Of a DNA stretch of 64,000 bases, positions 44,610-55,375 are shown one piece after another. The stretch lies in IMG/VR virus record IMGVR_UViG_3300029922_000054, positions 3,763 through 67,762 of that record. One strand, written 5' to 3'. The notes under the pieces are model-generated. The model searched no databases, was not told the DNA's origin, and saw only the letters and a list, made by a program, of their open reading frames with translations. Origin of the DNA: a virus. A program made the translations under genes and the position numbers. Numbering within the stretch: the stretch's first letter is position 1; every line of letters starts with the position of its first letter.

Positions 44610-47600
44610 TTAGTTAGCATTGTTGCTCGTGCAACTGTACGTTCCCGCGATAGTTCCGCTCACGGGAACATTCACGGTAAACCCCGTCGTGAGGGGAGAT
44701 GTTGGGAACGGTTGCCCGGTGGCTGCTGAACTTGCCGAGGGAGGAACCGAGCAGCTCGTCGGGGCCGCGCTCATTGGGGTTGCAAATATCACCGCAGCAG
44801 ACGTTGCGGCTGAAATAGACCATGTACCAGCACGCACTGGTATAGCCGCTGCTGGAGTAGTCCATACTTGCGAAGCTGAGCAGTACTGCGCTCCAGTTCC
44901 CCCCGCTGGGCAGGCGACTACCGGGTTGCCCCCAACATACTCACTCGCAAAACGCGCTACCCCATTCACGATGCTCCACGTTCCAGGCAGTACCAACCCG
45001 TATTGCGACGTTGCATACTGGCTAAAACTCTGAAGCTGAGTGGCAGTTAAAGCGCTTCCATAAGCCAACGTGTCCAAAATGTCACCGTTCCAAGGGCTGT
45101 TTCTATCTTGCCGCGCTCCGACCGTGATGCCATTTAAATATCCAGCCGCTGTCCCTTGCGCTCCTGTTGCGACTTGTACCCCATCAAGATAGAGAGTGCC
45201 TATTCCTGTGCTTGAGATCGTATAAGCAGCGACATGGACAGCATTATCGTCTGCGACTGTGGATGACAGACTTATGCTGTTATACCTTGCGTTGATGGAT
45301 GTTGATGGATTGAAGTATATGGAGTTAGTCGCGGCACTAACATAATCATCAACCAAAAACCCACTAGCCCCAACGGTTTTTTTGTAAATTGTGATGATGG
45401 TGGTACCCGCCGTGAATGCGGTGCCGAACGGGCCTTGATACCCGGTCCCGCTTCCAGCCAATCTCAATGCTGGCTTGCCATTGTAAACATTCATCTGGCA
45501 GGTGGCCCCCGTACCCGTAAGTGTATTGCCGTTTCCGCTTGCATCGATGAGCGTTGTTGGTGTGGTGCCTGTCGTGGAGCATGTAGATGATGCCGGGTAC
45601 CATGCCGCTGGACTATACGGCGGTGCGGTTTGTGGTCCGTTGGCGATGCCATAAGGGAAGGGGAGAACATTTGTTTGCCCAGAAATCCACCCAGCAACAA
45701 AAGCATCAGTAGCTAGGTTGTTGCTGGCATCGGTGACCATTTGGGTTACGGCTGTAGATCCGGAAGGCAAAGATTGTGGCGTGTTTGATGTGATTGTTTC
45801 AGGTGTAAAACTGGACGTATGAAAAGGAGTGGTTACTCCAGAGAAAAATGTGTTGGATACGCTTCCCGTGGCCGTGTAAATCTCATACCCGGTCTTCGCT
45901 CCGTAAATTTGATTATCGCTAGCGGAGAACTCTACGGGACAAGTGTGATCGCTCGATGAATCGCCTATATCCATACCCCGCGCAAACGGGCCATAGATAT
46001 GATTCCCGCTTATCTTCCCACGCTGCGTTGAACCGGACGACGTGTGGCAACCAAAACCAATACCTCCAGAGCCAGCATCCGTGTTATCGGCGGCAGCATT
46101 TATGATGGCGTTGTTTAGTATTTGCACATCGTCACTGGCGCGCGTCAAGACTATTCCTCCGACCAGTCCAATTCCTCTAGCGTGAGCGCCAAATCCATTG
46201 CAGATGTTATCAGAAATAATTGCGTTTTCGGCATAGGAAATAATGCAACCATAGGTCTGCGCGTACGCGTCTGGAGTCTCAAAAACATTGTGAGTTACGG
46301 TGCAGTTTGTGCAACTCATTTCATACGCAGCATATTGAATATACTGCGATGTTCCTGGCGCTAACTGAACGGTGTTTCCTGAGAATATAAATCCATCGCC
46401 AGCGACATTAGACCAACCGCCAAATATAGCAGCCTTGGCTATTCCGGTATCAGCCCCCGATCCGGTAGTGCAAGTTGTCCCGTTCGTGGAAAAACTCACA
46501 CTTGTTCCGCTAGTAGATGTTGTCGGCAGGTCTTTTCCGTTTAGACAGGTAAATGTGGAAAAACCTGACAGAGTGACATATTCTTTCGCCCAAAATGGAG
46601 TCGCCACTCCAAGAGTCAAAGTGATAGTGCCCGTTGATCCAGACCCCGAGATGACTACATTACTGACCGTCGGAGAGGCAGTTCCTGAGATTGTGCAGGT
46701 GGTCCCCATCACGGTTCCATTCAGGACAGAACCGAGTCCGGCAGAGCCCGAGTAAATACCAACGTTGCCACACGTGGCATCACCACCAACAGCTCGAAGA
46801 TTGACGTCAGCCACGCGAAAATTTTTGATTACACCATCAGTGCTCCCAGTCCCACTAATAGGTAGAACCACGATGGCCAACGTGCCCATGTTTCCACCGA
46901 TTACTTCGAAATTCTGCGATACGCCATTTCCGGGATTTCCCGAACCTCCAGCGGCAACTATTTCCATTCCGGCGCTACTTGTCCCGCCTAAGTTCATGCC
47001 ATTGAACTTTCCTCCGTTGATGTTTATCGCACTCACGCAGCTGGGCATTGCGTTTATTGAATAGCAATTTACGACGGTAACCCCATTAAGAACAGTGTTG
47101 GTTGAACCTTGTAGGTCAAGCGTGGCTTGACCATAGTTATATATTGGGACATTGTTGTTATCGAGCTTACACCCCGCACCGATAGTGTCGTTTGTCCCGG
47201 TAATTACCATCACCGCACTTGACGCAGTCCCGTTGATCAGCACGGACCCCGGCTTGCAATCAATCATCACGTCGTTTTGTGAAAGAGCGATTGTTGATGT
47301 TATTGTTTCGCTGTAATCGGGAGGAAGAACATAGGTAGCGTTTGCGCCATAGGTGAGCAGAAATGATGCCAGCGTGCCTGCCGATTGCACCCCGCCCGGA
47401 AGTTGGATCACTTTGCCGATACGTGAAGCGGGAGCCGCGACGGTGCCCGGAAAAGTGTTTACCTGCCTAGTCCCACTCCCAGTCTGCGTGCCACCCGTGA
47501 TGCTGAACCATGTTCCCGCACCACCGCTACCACCACCTAACGTATTTTGCCCAGTAATAAGATTCAGAAAGTTGATTGGCTGCGTCAAGGCTGATATTTG

Positions 47601-48005
47601 CGCACTGAGATCGATGGGGACTGTCACAGACAAGGAATAATTTACGGCCCATGGCGGTTGATAGGTAAGTATTTGCGTGCTCGTCGGATAGGAAATCGAG
47701 ATTGCCCATCGAGTGCCAGATGGATTCGAGAGGATGTTATTCGGAACCAACTGGATTGAAAAGTGTCCTGTCGCATCCAGAGTCGCCTGAACCTGCTTGG
47801 CATTGAAAAGCTGACCATTCGGAGTAGATGCACTCGACACTGGGTAGCCTGCCGAGTTGACCAGATTAGCAGTCAGAGCCGCATTCGCATAGGGATTGCC
47901 GTTCGGGTCAGTGACCGTCGCCGTGACGGTCGAGTAGCTAACCTGGGCGAAAGACCCGGTTGCCGTTCCAAACATGACTGCCAGCAGGACAAGAATTTTG
48001 CGCAT
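44610..48005 (-). CDS. Tailspike-like beta-helix protein with a LamG/ConA-like domain and an N-terminal signal peptide
   Basis: GAGGAG RBS; MRKILVLLAVMFGTATGSFA|Q; repeated I.GN/I.NN/ISDN rungs; H.A......LYLDG...VGA...GDI. Confidence 0.7.
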   Translation of the reverse strand: MRKILVLLAVMFGTATGSFAQVSYSTVTATVTDPNGNPYANAALTANLVNSAGYPVSSASTPNGQLFNAKQVQATLDATGHFSIQLVPNNILSNPSGTRWAISISYPTSTQILTYQPPWAVNYSLSVTVPIDLSAQISALTQPINFLNLITGQNTLGGGSGGAGTWFSITGGTQTGSGTRQVNTFPGTVAAPASRIGKVIQLPGGVQSAGTLASFLLTYGANATYVLPPDYSETITSTIALSQNDVMIDCKPGSVLINGTASSAVMVITGTNDTIGAGCKLDNNNVPIYNYGQATLDLQGSTNTVLNGVTVVNCYSINAMPSCVSAININGGKFNGMNLGGTSSAGMEIVAAGGSGNPGNGVSQNFEVIGGNMGTLAIVVLPISGTGSTDGVIKNFRVADVNLRAVGGDATCGNVGIYSGSAGLGSVLNGTVMGTTCTISGTASPTVSNVVISGSGSTGTITLTLGVATPFWAKEYVTLSGFSTFTCLNGKDLPTTSTSGTSVSFSTNGTTCTTGSGADTGIAKAAIFGGWSNVAGDGFIFSGNTVQLAPGTSQYIQYAAYEMSCTNCTVTHNVFETPDAYAQTYGCIISYAENAIISDNICNGFGAHARGIGLVGGIVLTRASDDVQILNNAIINAAADNTDAGSGGIGFGCHTSSGSTQRGKISGNHIYGPFARGMDIGDSSSDHTCPVEFSASDNQIYGAKTGYEIYTATGSVSNTFFSGVTTPFHTSSFTPETITSNTPQSLPSGSTAVTQMVTDASNNLATDAFVAGWISGQTNVLPFPYGIANGPQTAPPYSPAAWYPASSTCSTTGTTPTTLIDASGNGNTLTGTGATCQMNVYNGKPALRLAGSGTGYQGPFGTAFTAGTTIITIYKKTVGASGFLVDDYVSAATNSIYFNPSTSINARYNSISLSSTVADDNAVHVAAYTISSTGIGTLYLDGVQVATGAQGTAAGYLNGITVGARQDRNSPWNGDILDTLAYGSALTATQLQSFSQYATSQYGLVLPGTWSIVNGVARFASEYVGGNPVVACPAGGTGAQYCSASQVWTTPAAAIPVRAGTWSISAATSAAVIFATPMSAAPTSCSVPPSASSAATGQPFPTSPLTTGFTVNVPVSGTIAGTYSCTSNNAN

Positions 48006-48019
48006 CTCGATCTCCTCGT

Positions 48020-50779
48020 TTATCCAGGGTTCCCTGGCCATGTTGGAATGACCATCAAATTTGACTTGTAGACCATCCACCATGCACCGGCTACTCCTCC
48101 ATTATCCATCCCGACAGCCCAGCGTGTTGAATAGGACTGTGCGCCCTGAACTGGCATTGGGATATTGACCTGGGTGCGCTGGCCGGGAGTCAAGAGGATT
48201 GGCGTCAATGGCCCGGTGAGCAGATATGCGTTCTCCTGGTCATCGTAGGCCTTCACGTTCCAGAGTCCATTCCCAGTCCCCCACATCTGCGCGCCGATGA
48301 GCTTATCAGCGGTCAAAGCGTCTTTCTCTCCAAGCACTCCACGCCACTCCGCAAAATATCCGAGTTGAGTCCCGTCGTAGTCCTCGTCGAAGTATTGGTC
48401 TTCGACCACGTTCTTGATTGAGCCATCGGCCGCAAAGAAGAGCATCTGGTTCTCAACATTTACTCCAGCCAACTGGACAGCATTCTTGGACTTTTGCGGG
48501 ATGTAGAGCGCGTCATTGAAGTTCAGCGTGTCCTGCGACCACTTGCGACCATCGGCTTTAGGTACCAACTTTCCGCTGCGAGTCTCGAACATGACAGGAT
48601 CACCCGTACCAAAGTAATAATTCACGACTAGGCGGCAGTTGATTGTCGTCGAACCGTTGATAGGGCACAGGACATAAACGAGCCGCCTCACCTGATCGAT
48701 CTTTACTTTGACGATGTGGCCATAGTCCCAATTGATCGTTTCCCAGGCTACTAGCTGTTCTCGGCTGATGAGAGTCGGATGCTGCCCGGCAAAGAGGTAT
48801 AGTCCGCTTCGGTGAGCCCACACCGCAAACTCTGAATCGTCCTGTCCTGCTACGTCAATCGCTTGTGCTCCGACCGGCCCGTTTCCGCTCCATGATTGCC
48901 GTGGCGTCCATGTAGATGGATCACCTCCGTTCGTAATGACTTCGAATCCCGAGTTTTCCTTGAAGGAGTATCCAATGCCGCGGATTTCCCGGTAGCATAC
49001 GGTCCTGTCGCCGTCATTCTCCGAGACCTGGAAGTTTCCGCCTGGCACGCGCACTGTCTCCGCATCGGTAATATCCGAGAAGAGATGGCCGCTCTGGTAT
49101 CCCACTGATCCCGTGTAGACCGTGCGCTGGAGCGTCTTGGCAAAGTACACGTCCACCGATGGAGGGATCTGGATCTTGTTGAAGTAGTTCGTGACGCTCG
49201 ACGCGCCCGGCAGATACGTGTCCGTGAAGTTGAACAGGGCCGTGGTCGATGTATTGTCCTCAACAATGGTCGCTGTAATCGTCACGTTGGGCTGGTTGAA
49301 TCCCGGCGATTCAATGTCTGCCTGGGAAATCCATGTGAGAGGACCCGCCGCGCTGGCGCCGGCCACAGTCGATGCGACAATGCGGGAGTTCCAGTTGTAA
49401 GGTCCAATTGGCAGCCGCAGACACTGAATAGGCCATCCAGACTGAGTTACGTTCAAGGCGACAGGACCCGAGTTCGAGAATCCTGTCTGGTACATTGAGT
49501 TCGTCTGACCGAAAACTGTGAGATAGCGGACACCCGTATCCACGTTGCCAATCGTCGCCGTTGTGGCCGCCGTGCTCGTTGTGGAGAGCTGCACGCCTGT
49601 TGGGTAAGCCGAGATGGTAACGGTCGCTCCTGGGAGCACTGGCGCAGGATTCACCAGCGCGTAATAAGCGGCATCGATAATCTCGCTTGTCGTTGCGCTC
49701 GAATCTGGATCAATAAAGGCGTAGAGGTTAAATTCTGTGGCTCCATAGGTCGCACCAAGTGACCCGGTAACTGCCACATAGTCCGGTATAGCAGGAAGCG
49801 TCACAGAAAGATCTACAGGTCCGCCTGTTGTATTTTTCCAGGTCAATACACGCTTGGGATCAAGATTGCCTTTGACGTCAACCAGCGAGTTCACGCCTTC
49901 GCCAATCGTATTGAGCATCGTTGCTGCGAGGTACACCGTTGCACCGTCAGCAATCGGAGATGCTGCATCGGCCGTTGTCGATCCAAAAATAGGCACAGAG
50001 GCATCTGGCAGCCCTGAAATGAAAATAGGTGTGCATTCTTTCCATTTTGTGGTGTTGTCGTCAACGGTTCCATCGATCACCGTGGGCCATGCAGGCTGGC
50101 TAGCGGAATTCCCGCTCGTACCTGCCGTCGTGCATTGGTAGACGAAACCTGTTTGATCTTCAACCCATGTTCCCTGGCCTCCAGTCTGCCCAAACGTCTG
50201 GAACGTGGATGGGGAAACGACTTGGCCGACACGATAGTAGGTGTCTGGATTCCATGGCGCGGCGAATGGAAGGTCTGAAGCCGGGTAAAGCGTTGAATCG
50301 GCCGAATTGTAGATCAGGACAGGACCCTTGGGAAGAAGTAGGTCTGTCAAACCAATGAGGAAGTTATTGAATGCTTGCCCCATGGTGGGGTTGAGTCCTG
50401 CCGAGATCGTAATACCAGAATTGGTTGTGAAGTTGGCAGTGTTGAGGACCGCCATTGCGGACTGAATGAATGGTGGGCAGGAAAATAGTGATCCGGTCAC
50501 CGATCCATACGCAAAGATCAGGATGGTCTCAACGGCTTGCAGGTTGAGCGTCCCTGGTTGAGCGGCGAGATACCGAAGCAGGCCGCCGCCCGTCAAGGAG
50601 TCGTTCTGGCCAAAGGTAAGTTGGGTCGAATGCCCAAAACGTGCGGCAACGGATCGCGCCGTGTACCGCACATTTTGAGCAACTTTCGCCAACCCGAGAG
50701 GCAGGTTCACTGAATCGTCATAGCTGCATGACGAGCCGTACCGCGGAATGACTATCGGCTTACTGCCTTCAAAGTTCAC
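48020..50779 (-). CDS. Tail tubular/nozzle (stabilisation) protein
   Basis: 919-aa beta-rich protein starting AQNVR; downstream of the adaptor, as in P22 gp10/T7 gp12 gene order. Confidence 0.6.
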   Translation of the reverse strand: MNFEGSKPIVIPRYGSSCSYDDSVNLPLGLAKVAQNVRYTARSVAARFGHSTQLTFGQNDSLTGGGLLRYLAAQPGTLNLQAVETILIFAYGSVTGSLFSCPPFIQSAMAVLNTANFTTNSGITISAGLNPTMGQAFNNFLIGLTDLLLPKGPVLIYNSADSTLYPASDLPFAAPWNPDTYYRVGQVVSPSTFQTFGQTGGQGTWVEDQTGFVYQCTTAGTSGNSASQPAWPTVIDGTVDDNTTKWKECTPIFISGLPDASVPIFGSTTADAASPIADGATVYLAATMLNTIGEGVNSLVDVKGNLDPKRVLTWKNTTGGPVDLSVTLPAIPDYVAVTGSLGATYGATEFNLYAFIDPDSSATTSEIIDAAYYALVNPAPVLPGATVTISAYPTGVQLSTTSTAATTATIGNVDTGVRYLTVFGQTNSMYQTGFSNSGPVALNVTQSGWPIQCLRLPIGPYNWNSRIVASTVAGASAAGPLTWISQADIESPGFNQPNVTITATIVEDNTSTTALFNFTDTYLPGASSVTNYFNKIQIPPSVDVYFAKTLQRTVYTGSVGYQSGHLFSDITDAETVRVPGGNFQVSENDGDRTVCYREIRGIGYSFKENSGFEVITNGGDPSTWTPRQSWSGNGPVGAQAIDVAGQDDSEFAVWAHRSGLYLFAGQHPTLISREQLVAWETINWDYGHIVKVKIDQVRRLVYVLCPINGSTTINCRLVVNYYFGTGDPVMFETRSGKLVPKADGRKWSQDTLNFNDALYIPQKSKNAVQLAGVNVENQMLFFAADGSIKNVVEDQYFDEDYDGTQLGYFAEWRGVLGEKDALTADKLIGAQMWGTGNGLWNVKAYDDQENAYLLTGPLTPILLTPGQRTQVNIPMPVQGAQSYSTRWAVGMDNGGVAGAWWMVYKSNLMVIPTWPGNPG

Positions 50780-50804
50780 GATTCGCCCCTCAGACCAGGT
50801 TGAG

Positions 50805-51533
50805 TTAGATCCTGCCCTTGGGACCCTCGATGAACAGGATGAACACGCCAGCCAGAATTTCAGCCGGATAGGCTCCTGTTGCCAGTTCGGTGTTCTCCGC
50901 AGTGAAGATGCGCAGACGCCAGTTGTTCAAGGTTGTTCCCTGAACCAGTTGGGCCGTGCAGCCGGCTGGACAGGATATGACCGAGTACATAGTGATGGTT
51001 CCGGGATAGCCAACAGTCGCATCCGGCTGCGAAATAGTTGGTGTGATGGCCTGCAGGTTGACCGTATCGCCGCCGGGGATCGTCTCGACGAGGCTGGAAA
51101 CTGTGATCGAGAGGACCTCAGCGCCCTTGTTCGTTGTGATCGACAAGACCCCGTTGGTGATTGTCCCGGTGTAGACCGAGCCGCTGGCCGTGCCGAGTGC
51201 GCCGTTGGTGAGCGCTAGAGCCAGAGCAACCGCAGCCGCTGTAGCCGTCGCAGCCGTAGCGCTGGTCAGGTTGGTGTAGGTCGCCATGTTGACGGCCTGA
51301 GTTCCCGCGCCGGTCCCGCCAGACGTCGAGAAGGTGACACTTCCGGAGAGAGCTGACCCAGTTATGAATCCTGCCGTGGGACCCTTCAGCGCTGCGCCGG
51401 CGGCCGACTGAGTGAACTGGGTTGTCGGGACTGCTGTCGTCGGGCCCTGGTAGTTGCCGCTGGGCGTGCCGATGAGGTAGAGCTTCTTTGTACGAAGCTC
51501 GTGATTGACTGTCTGTACTGTGAGAGCAAGCAT
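50805..51533 (-). CDS. Putative virion structural protein
   Basis: T/A/G-rich beta protein in the structural operon. Confidence 0.5.
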   Translation of the reverse strand: MLALTVQTVNHELRTKKLYLIGTPSGNYQGPTTAVPTTQFTQSAAGAALKGPTAGFITGSALSGSVTFSTSGGTGAGTQAVNMATYTNLTSATAATATAAAVALALALTNGALGTASGSVYTGTITNGVLSITTNKGAEVLSITVSSLVETIPGGDTVNLQAITPTISQPDATVGYPGTITMYSVISCPAGCTAQLVQGTTLNNWRLRIFTAENTELATGAYPAEILAGVFILFIEGPKGRI

Positions 51534-51618
51534 GATGAAGCTCTTTCCTCCGGGTCGAATCCCCGGCCATGCCGAGTTGATCTCGACAATGGAAAGAGTA
51601 GCATTCATCAGATTGGAG

Positions 51619-52344
51619 CTACGTGAAGTTCTTGCCACCAGCCGCGATGGGATAGGCAGCGCCGCGCCGAGTCCCGCGGAAGTGGATCAACTGGGCCTGA
51701 GCGACCATCACCATGAGATTGCAGAGATTCTGCTTGTCCCGCGCCAGACTTCTTTCAAGCCGGGGAACCAATTTTCCCATGTTGTTGTTGAGGGAAGCGA
51801 TCTCTAGAGCTACTTGGCGAGCGAGGATGAATCCCACGCCACGCATCACACTCTGCGCATTGTCCGAGTACACGTCGGCCAGCGCGTAGAAATAGACGCG
51901 AATCGTAACCGGTGTGTAGCTGGGAATCAACTGGATCGATCCCTGGGCCCATCGATACTGCCAGCAGCCGAGATTGTCGGCCTGCACATCATCAAGCTCG
52001 TCGACAGGATCAGATTGCAGGTAGGCGGTGTCCGGCTGTCCTTGGACCTTCCAGTCGATCCTCTTGGGTCGCAGGAACCACTCAAGCGGCATACCGGGTG
52101 CAAATTGAGGGGAAAGGTCCACCGGTGGGCAGGTCCCGTTGGCGCCGGGGGTGGCAGATGGCAGATCAATGATGGCGATCTGTTCTTGCTGCTGGATTCC
52201 GAGTCTTTCGAGGGTGATCTCAAAAGACTCGTTCTCCTGGTCGATGAATGGGAGGATGTACGCGCTTGAGAACCGAGCATTGGCCGGGTCGTCCAGCATG
52301 ACACCGACGCGCTTTACGATCTGGCCAACAGTCAGAACTGCCAT
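51619..52344 (-). CDS. Putative head-tail adaptor (tail tubular A-like)
   Basis: TVGQIVKRV...LDD...RFS...I..FI N-terminus; position in operon. Confidence 0.6.
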   Translation of the reverse strand: MAVLTVGQIVKRVGVMLDDPANARFSSAYILPFIDQENESFEITLERLGIQQQEQIAIIDLPSATPGANGTCPPVDLSPQFAPGMPLEWFLRPKRIDWKVQGQPDTAYLQSDPVDELDDVQADNLGCWQYRWAQGSIQLIPSYTPVTIRVYFYALADVYSDNAQSVMRGVGFILARQVALEIASLNNNMGKLVPRLERSLARDKQNLCNLMVMVAQAQLIHFRGTRRGAAYPIAAGGKNFT

Positions 52345-52367
52345 GGAGTTTCACCCCTCGTTGGGGA

Positions 52368-52377
52368 AAGAGTAGCA
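52368..52377 (-). promoter_or_regulatory. Late promoter motif TGCTACTCTT
   Basis: Same motif as 42131, 58251 and 61991. Confidence 0.55.
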
Positions 52378-53061
52378 TCAATCGAAGATGCGTTCGCGCT
52401 CCATGCGCCTCAGTGTCTGCTCTGGAGTCTCGCCGGGGAGCATTTCCCACGAGCAACCGACACATCCACCTTTCCATGACCCGCTGCGCTCTCCCACTTC
52501 ATCGTTGAACGCAACATCTATGGTCTGGCGAGATTTCTCGAAGAGTCCTGCCCAGGTGAACCCTGTCGGGCGCCACGCTCTGCGATCGACAAATACCGTC
52601 GCCGTGCGCTCCTGCACTTCCCCGCGCTTGAGTTTGTACTGGTAGGAGAAAGTGAATTCTTCCCGTCCATCGCTGCCTTTTCCCTGCTCCCACGAGCCGA
52701 TGAATGGAACCCATGATCCGTCGGCGCAGCGAACTTCGTGACGTTGGAAGACGCTTGAGAACCATGGCAGATTCCAGAATTTGCTGTGTTCATTCCAGTG
52801 GAAGTGAACCGCGTCGTCGCAGAGTGAAAAGCCATATTGCTGCCAATCGCGCTGCCATGCTTCCTGCTTTGATTTGGGGCGGAACGCGAAAGGGAAGTGG
52901 AGGAACAGATTCAACAACAGGAAGTGGAAATGCAGCATCCACGGCGAACCGTATTCTGCATCGTGGTCAAAGATGAAACAGAAGGCGAGGCCGAATCGCT
53001 TCCAACTGAATTCAAAGAATCCGGGGACTCGAAGTCCCCGGCTTTCTGATATGACGTGCAT
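52378..53061 (-). CDS. Conserved phage hypothetical protein (W/F-rich)
   Basis: GGAGG RBS; EVGERSGSWKGG...LRRMERER motif. Confidence 0.65.
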   Translation of the reverse strand: MHVISESRGLRVPGFFEFSWKRFGLAFCFIFDHDAEYGSPWMLHFHFLLLNLFLHFPFAFRPKSKQEAWQRDWQQYGFSLCDDAVHFHWNEHSKFWNLPWFSSVFQRHEVRCADGSWVPFIGSWEQGKGSDGREEFTFSYQYKLKRGEVQERTATVFVDRRAWRPTGFTWAGLFEKSRQTIDVAFNDEVGERSGSWKGGCVGCSWEMLPGETPEQTLRRMERERIFD

Positions 53062-53104
53062 GAGTGTTTCCTCCTTTTGGCGGTTGGAGATTAAGGTCGG
53101 CTAA

Positions 53105-54361
53105 CTACTCCTTTTCTGTCTTTTTTGCAGATTCCTTGGATTTTGGCGTCATGGCCTCTGCGACTGCCGTGGCAATCGCCGTGCCTGTCCGAGTGGCGTC
53201 AATGGCCTTGTACTGATCTTCTGCTTTCATCAGGCGCATCGCGCTCAGACTCTTGGGCTTGATACCGCCCTGCTTCAAGCGCGCTGCCTTCTCTTCGCAG
53301 GACTCGGCCACGTAGTCCGAGATGCCCATCTCTATCAAAGTCTTGCGGGAAAGGCGTTCCAGAGACTCATCCTCTTCCGTGATGGCGTTGATCTCGTAGG
53401 CCTTTCGTGGGTCCAGCACATATGGGCCGCGCAGACCGCCGCAACCTGGATTTGTGCAGGACACAGCGCCAGGCTCGCACCGGCGCGCGCACTGTGGGCA
53501 AGTTGGGGGCTTTGTGTCCAAATCGCGCTTTTTCTCGACCCAGTCTGGTAGGACCTGGATATGACCCAACTGAAAGAGCCGCTGTGCTGAAGCCTTCTCG
53601 GGATAGCCGGGACGCTCGTGCGCACGCTTGCTGAGGTCCATCGTAGTACCGCGGCTGAGGCGCTCAAACATCCATGCCACGCCGCTCTGTCGTTTGGCCT
53701 CCAGAGCCTCGCCGTAGGTCATGTTGTTGTGCTGCGGCTCCCGGCTCATGGACGCAAGCCACGTAGGATCTTCGAGCAACTCGGCCATCTTGCGATGAAC
53801 CTCATCTTTGCTCATGCCATGCGTGCTGAAGTTTCCCTGGTAAACGAAAACTCCGGAGGGATTGGTCTTGCTGAAGTCCTCTGCCAACTGAATGGGAGCC
53901 CACTCGAAGGCTGTCGTAGGACTATCGACGTGCTGTTTTGTGTTGTCGATGAAGTATTCAGGGAAGACATAGAGCGCATACGGCTCTTTGTGCTGCGGCG
54001 GCTTGATGACGGCCGTCTTGAGCGGGAAGAGGTAGGAGTCGCTTCTCAGCTCGATCGGCAGGAAGCTGACCACGCCGGCCGCGATGGTTCCCAGGCTCCT
54101 GATGCGTCCCTTGACGCTGCGCTCACTGCGCTCGAATGCCGGATCCGTTTTCCGACCCATGGCCTTGTGATCGAGTGTCGGCAGAGTGACCGTCTCCCGA
54201 TTGCCCTGGGCTGTCACCACGGTTACCGATGCCTCCGCGCCGATGCGGGGTCCGTTTTCGCTTCCCGCGAGATCGCGCTCGTGCGCTACATCGGCAGGAG
54301 TGGCCTGCTTGGTGATTGCGTTTCCGGTATAGCCTTTTGCTTTGAGATCGTTGACTTCCAT
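53105..54361 (-). CDS. Hypothetical protein with a zinc ribbon
   Basis: 418 aa; CPQC...CTNPGC. Confidence 0.7.
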   Translation of the reverse strand: MEVNDLKAKGYTGNAITKQATPADVAHERDLAGSENGPRIGAEASVTVVTAQGNRETVTLPTLDHKAMGRKTDPAFERSERSVKGRIRSLGTIAAGVVSFLPIELRSDSYLFPLKTAVIKPPQHKEPYALYVFPEYFIDNTKQHVDSPTTAFEWAPIQLAEDFSKTNPSGVFVYQGNFSTHGMSKDEVHRKMAELLEDPTWLASMSREPQHNNMTYGEALEAKRQSGVAWMFERLSRGTTMDLSKRAHERPGYPEKASAQRLFQLGHIQVLPDWVEKKRDLDTKPPTCPQCARRCEPGAVSCTNPGCGGLRGPYVLDPRKAYEINAITEEDESLERLSRKTLIEMGISDYVAESCEEKAARLKQGGIKPKSLSAMRLMKAEDQYKAIDATRTGTAIATAVAEAMTPKSKESAKKTEKE

Positions 54362-54385
54362 TTGAAATGGTCCTCTCTTTGGCGG

Positions 54386-55123
54386 TTAGTTGCCGTAATG
54401 GCTGGTGAGTCCTGCGTGTTCGGCGGCCAGTGCGCGGGCGCGTCCGGCTTCAAGGTAGGTTGAGAAAAACGGCTGCATGGCGGTCATGTTGGCGGCCGAA
54501 GCGTTCCGGCGCCACTCTGCATCGGCGTTGTCCTGCTCCTCGCGGAAATCCCGGTTGCGCTTCAGGATGTACGTCTCTGGGGTCATTGACAGGACCTCAG
54601 CCTGCATCATGTCCCACATTTCAATGAGACGGTCCAAGAAGGGTCCTGTGGGAGCCTCGGGATAGGGCCTGAATCCCTCACCCATCACCGAAATGTATCC
54701 GCCGCGGTACGGGTATGGTCCGAGCTTTGGCAGGCTTGTACCCGGTACAACCTCGCTTGCCCACCACTGCGGTGTTCCAAAGTAGGCTGGCGGCATCCAC
54801 CGTTCGAGAATCCAGCCTGGGAATGACGCGAACTCGGCATACTTGAGCCGACGGCGCATCTCCGTAACCTGGCGCTCAGCAATCGTGTTCGGCGTGAGGG
54901 ATTTTCCGGTTTCGTCCGCTACAAGTGTCCCGCGGGACTCGACTGGAAGGTTTGGATCCCAATCACTCCATTCTCCTGCTGAGAACTGCCAGATGAAAGC
55001 TGAATGAACGAGGCGGTAAAGAGGGTAGCCCATAAAGCACTCGCCATGGCGTTGGCGAAGGTACTCGTTCGTTTCGACGTTCTCCGGGCCAGAGTAGGAG
55101 TCGAGTTCATTGTGGTCTGGCAT
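54386..55123 (-). CDS. Hypothetical protein
   Basis: AAGGAG RBS before MPDHNE; WILERW..P motif. Confidence 0.65.
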   Translation of the reverse strand: MPDHNELDSYSGPENVETNEYLRQRHGECFMGYPLYRLVHSAFIWQFSAGEWSDWDPNLPVESRGTLVADETGKSLTPNTIAERQVTEMRRRLKYAEFASFPGWILERWMPPAYFGTPQWWASEVVPGTSLPKLGPYPYRGGYISVMGEGFRPYPEAPTGPFLDRLIEMWDMMQAEVLSMTPETYILKRNRDFREEQDNADAEWRRNASAANMTAMQPFFSTYLEAGRARALAAEHAGLTSHYGN

Positions 55124-55307
55124 GTTCTCCTTTTTCTGCTGAGCAAAATACTTGTTGCTCAGTGATGGTCGCAAGAGTCGCGATCCGAGCAAGTGCTTCT
55201 TCTCTTGAGCATTTGGTCTGCACCATAAGCGCTCCAATAAACGCGCACAGGAGAACATCGTATTTGTGTTGCAGATCATCCGGCATGAGCCAAGTCTATC
55301 AAATGGG

Positions 55308-55347
55308 CAAAAGGAAGCCAGTGGAACCCTTTCGGAATCCCACTGGC
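55308..55347 (-). terminator. Intrinsic terminator after the capsid gene
   Basis: GCCAGTGG/CCACTGGC stem followed by TTCCTTTT on the minus strand. Confidence 0.5.
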
Positions 55348-55375
55348 CACTTCAGTCATTGTTCAGCCGCTGGCT

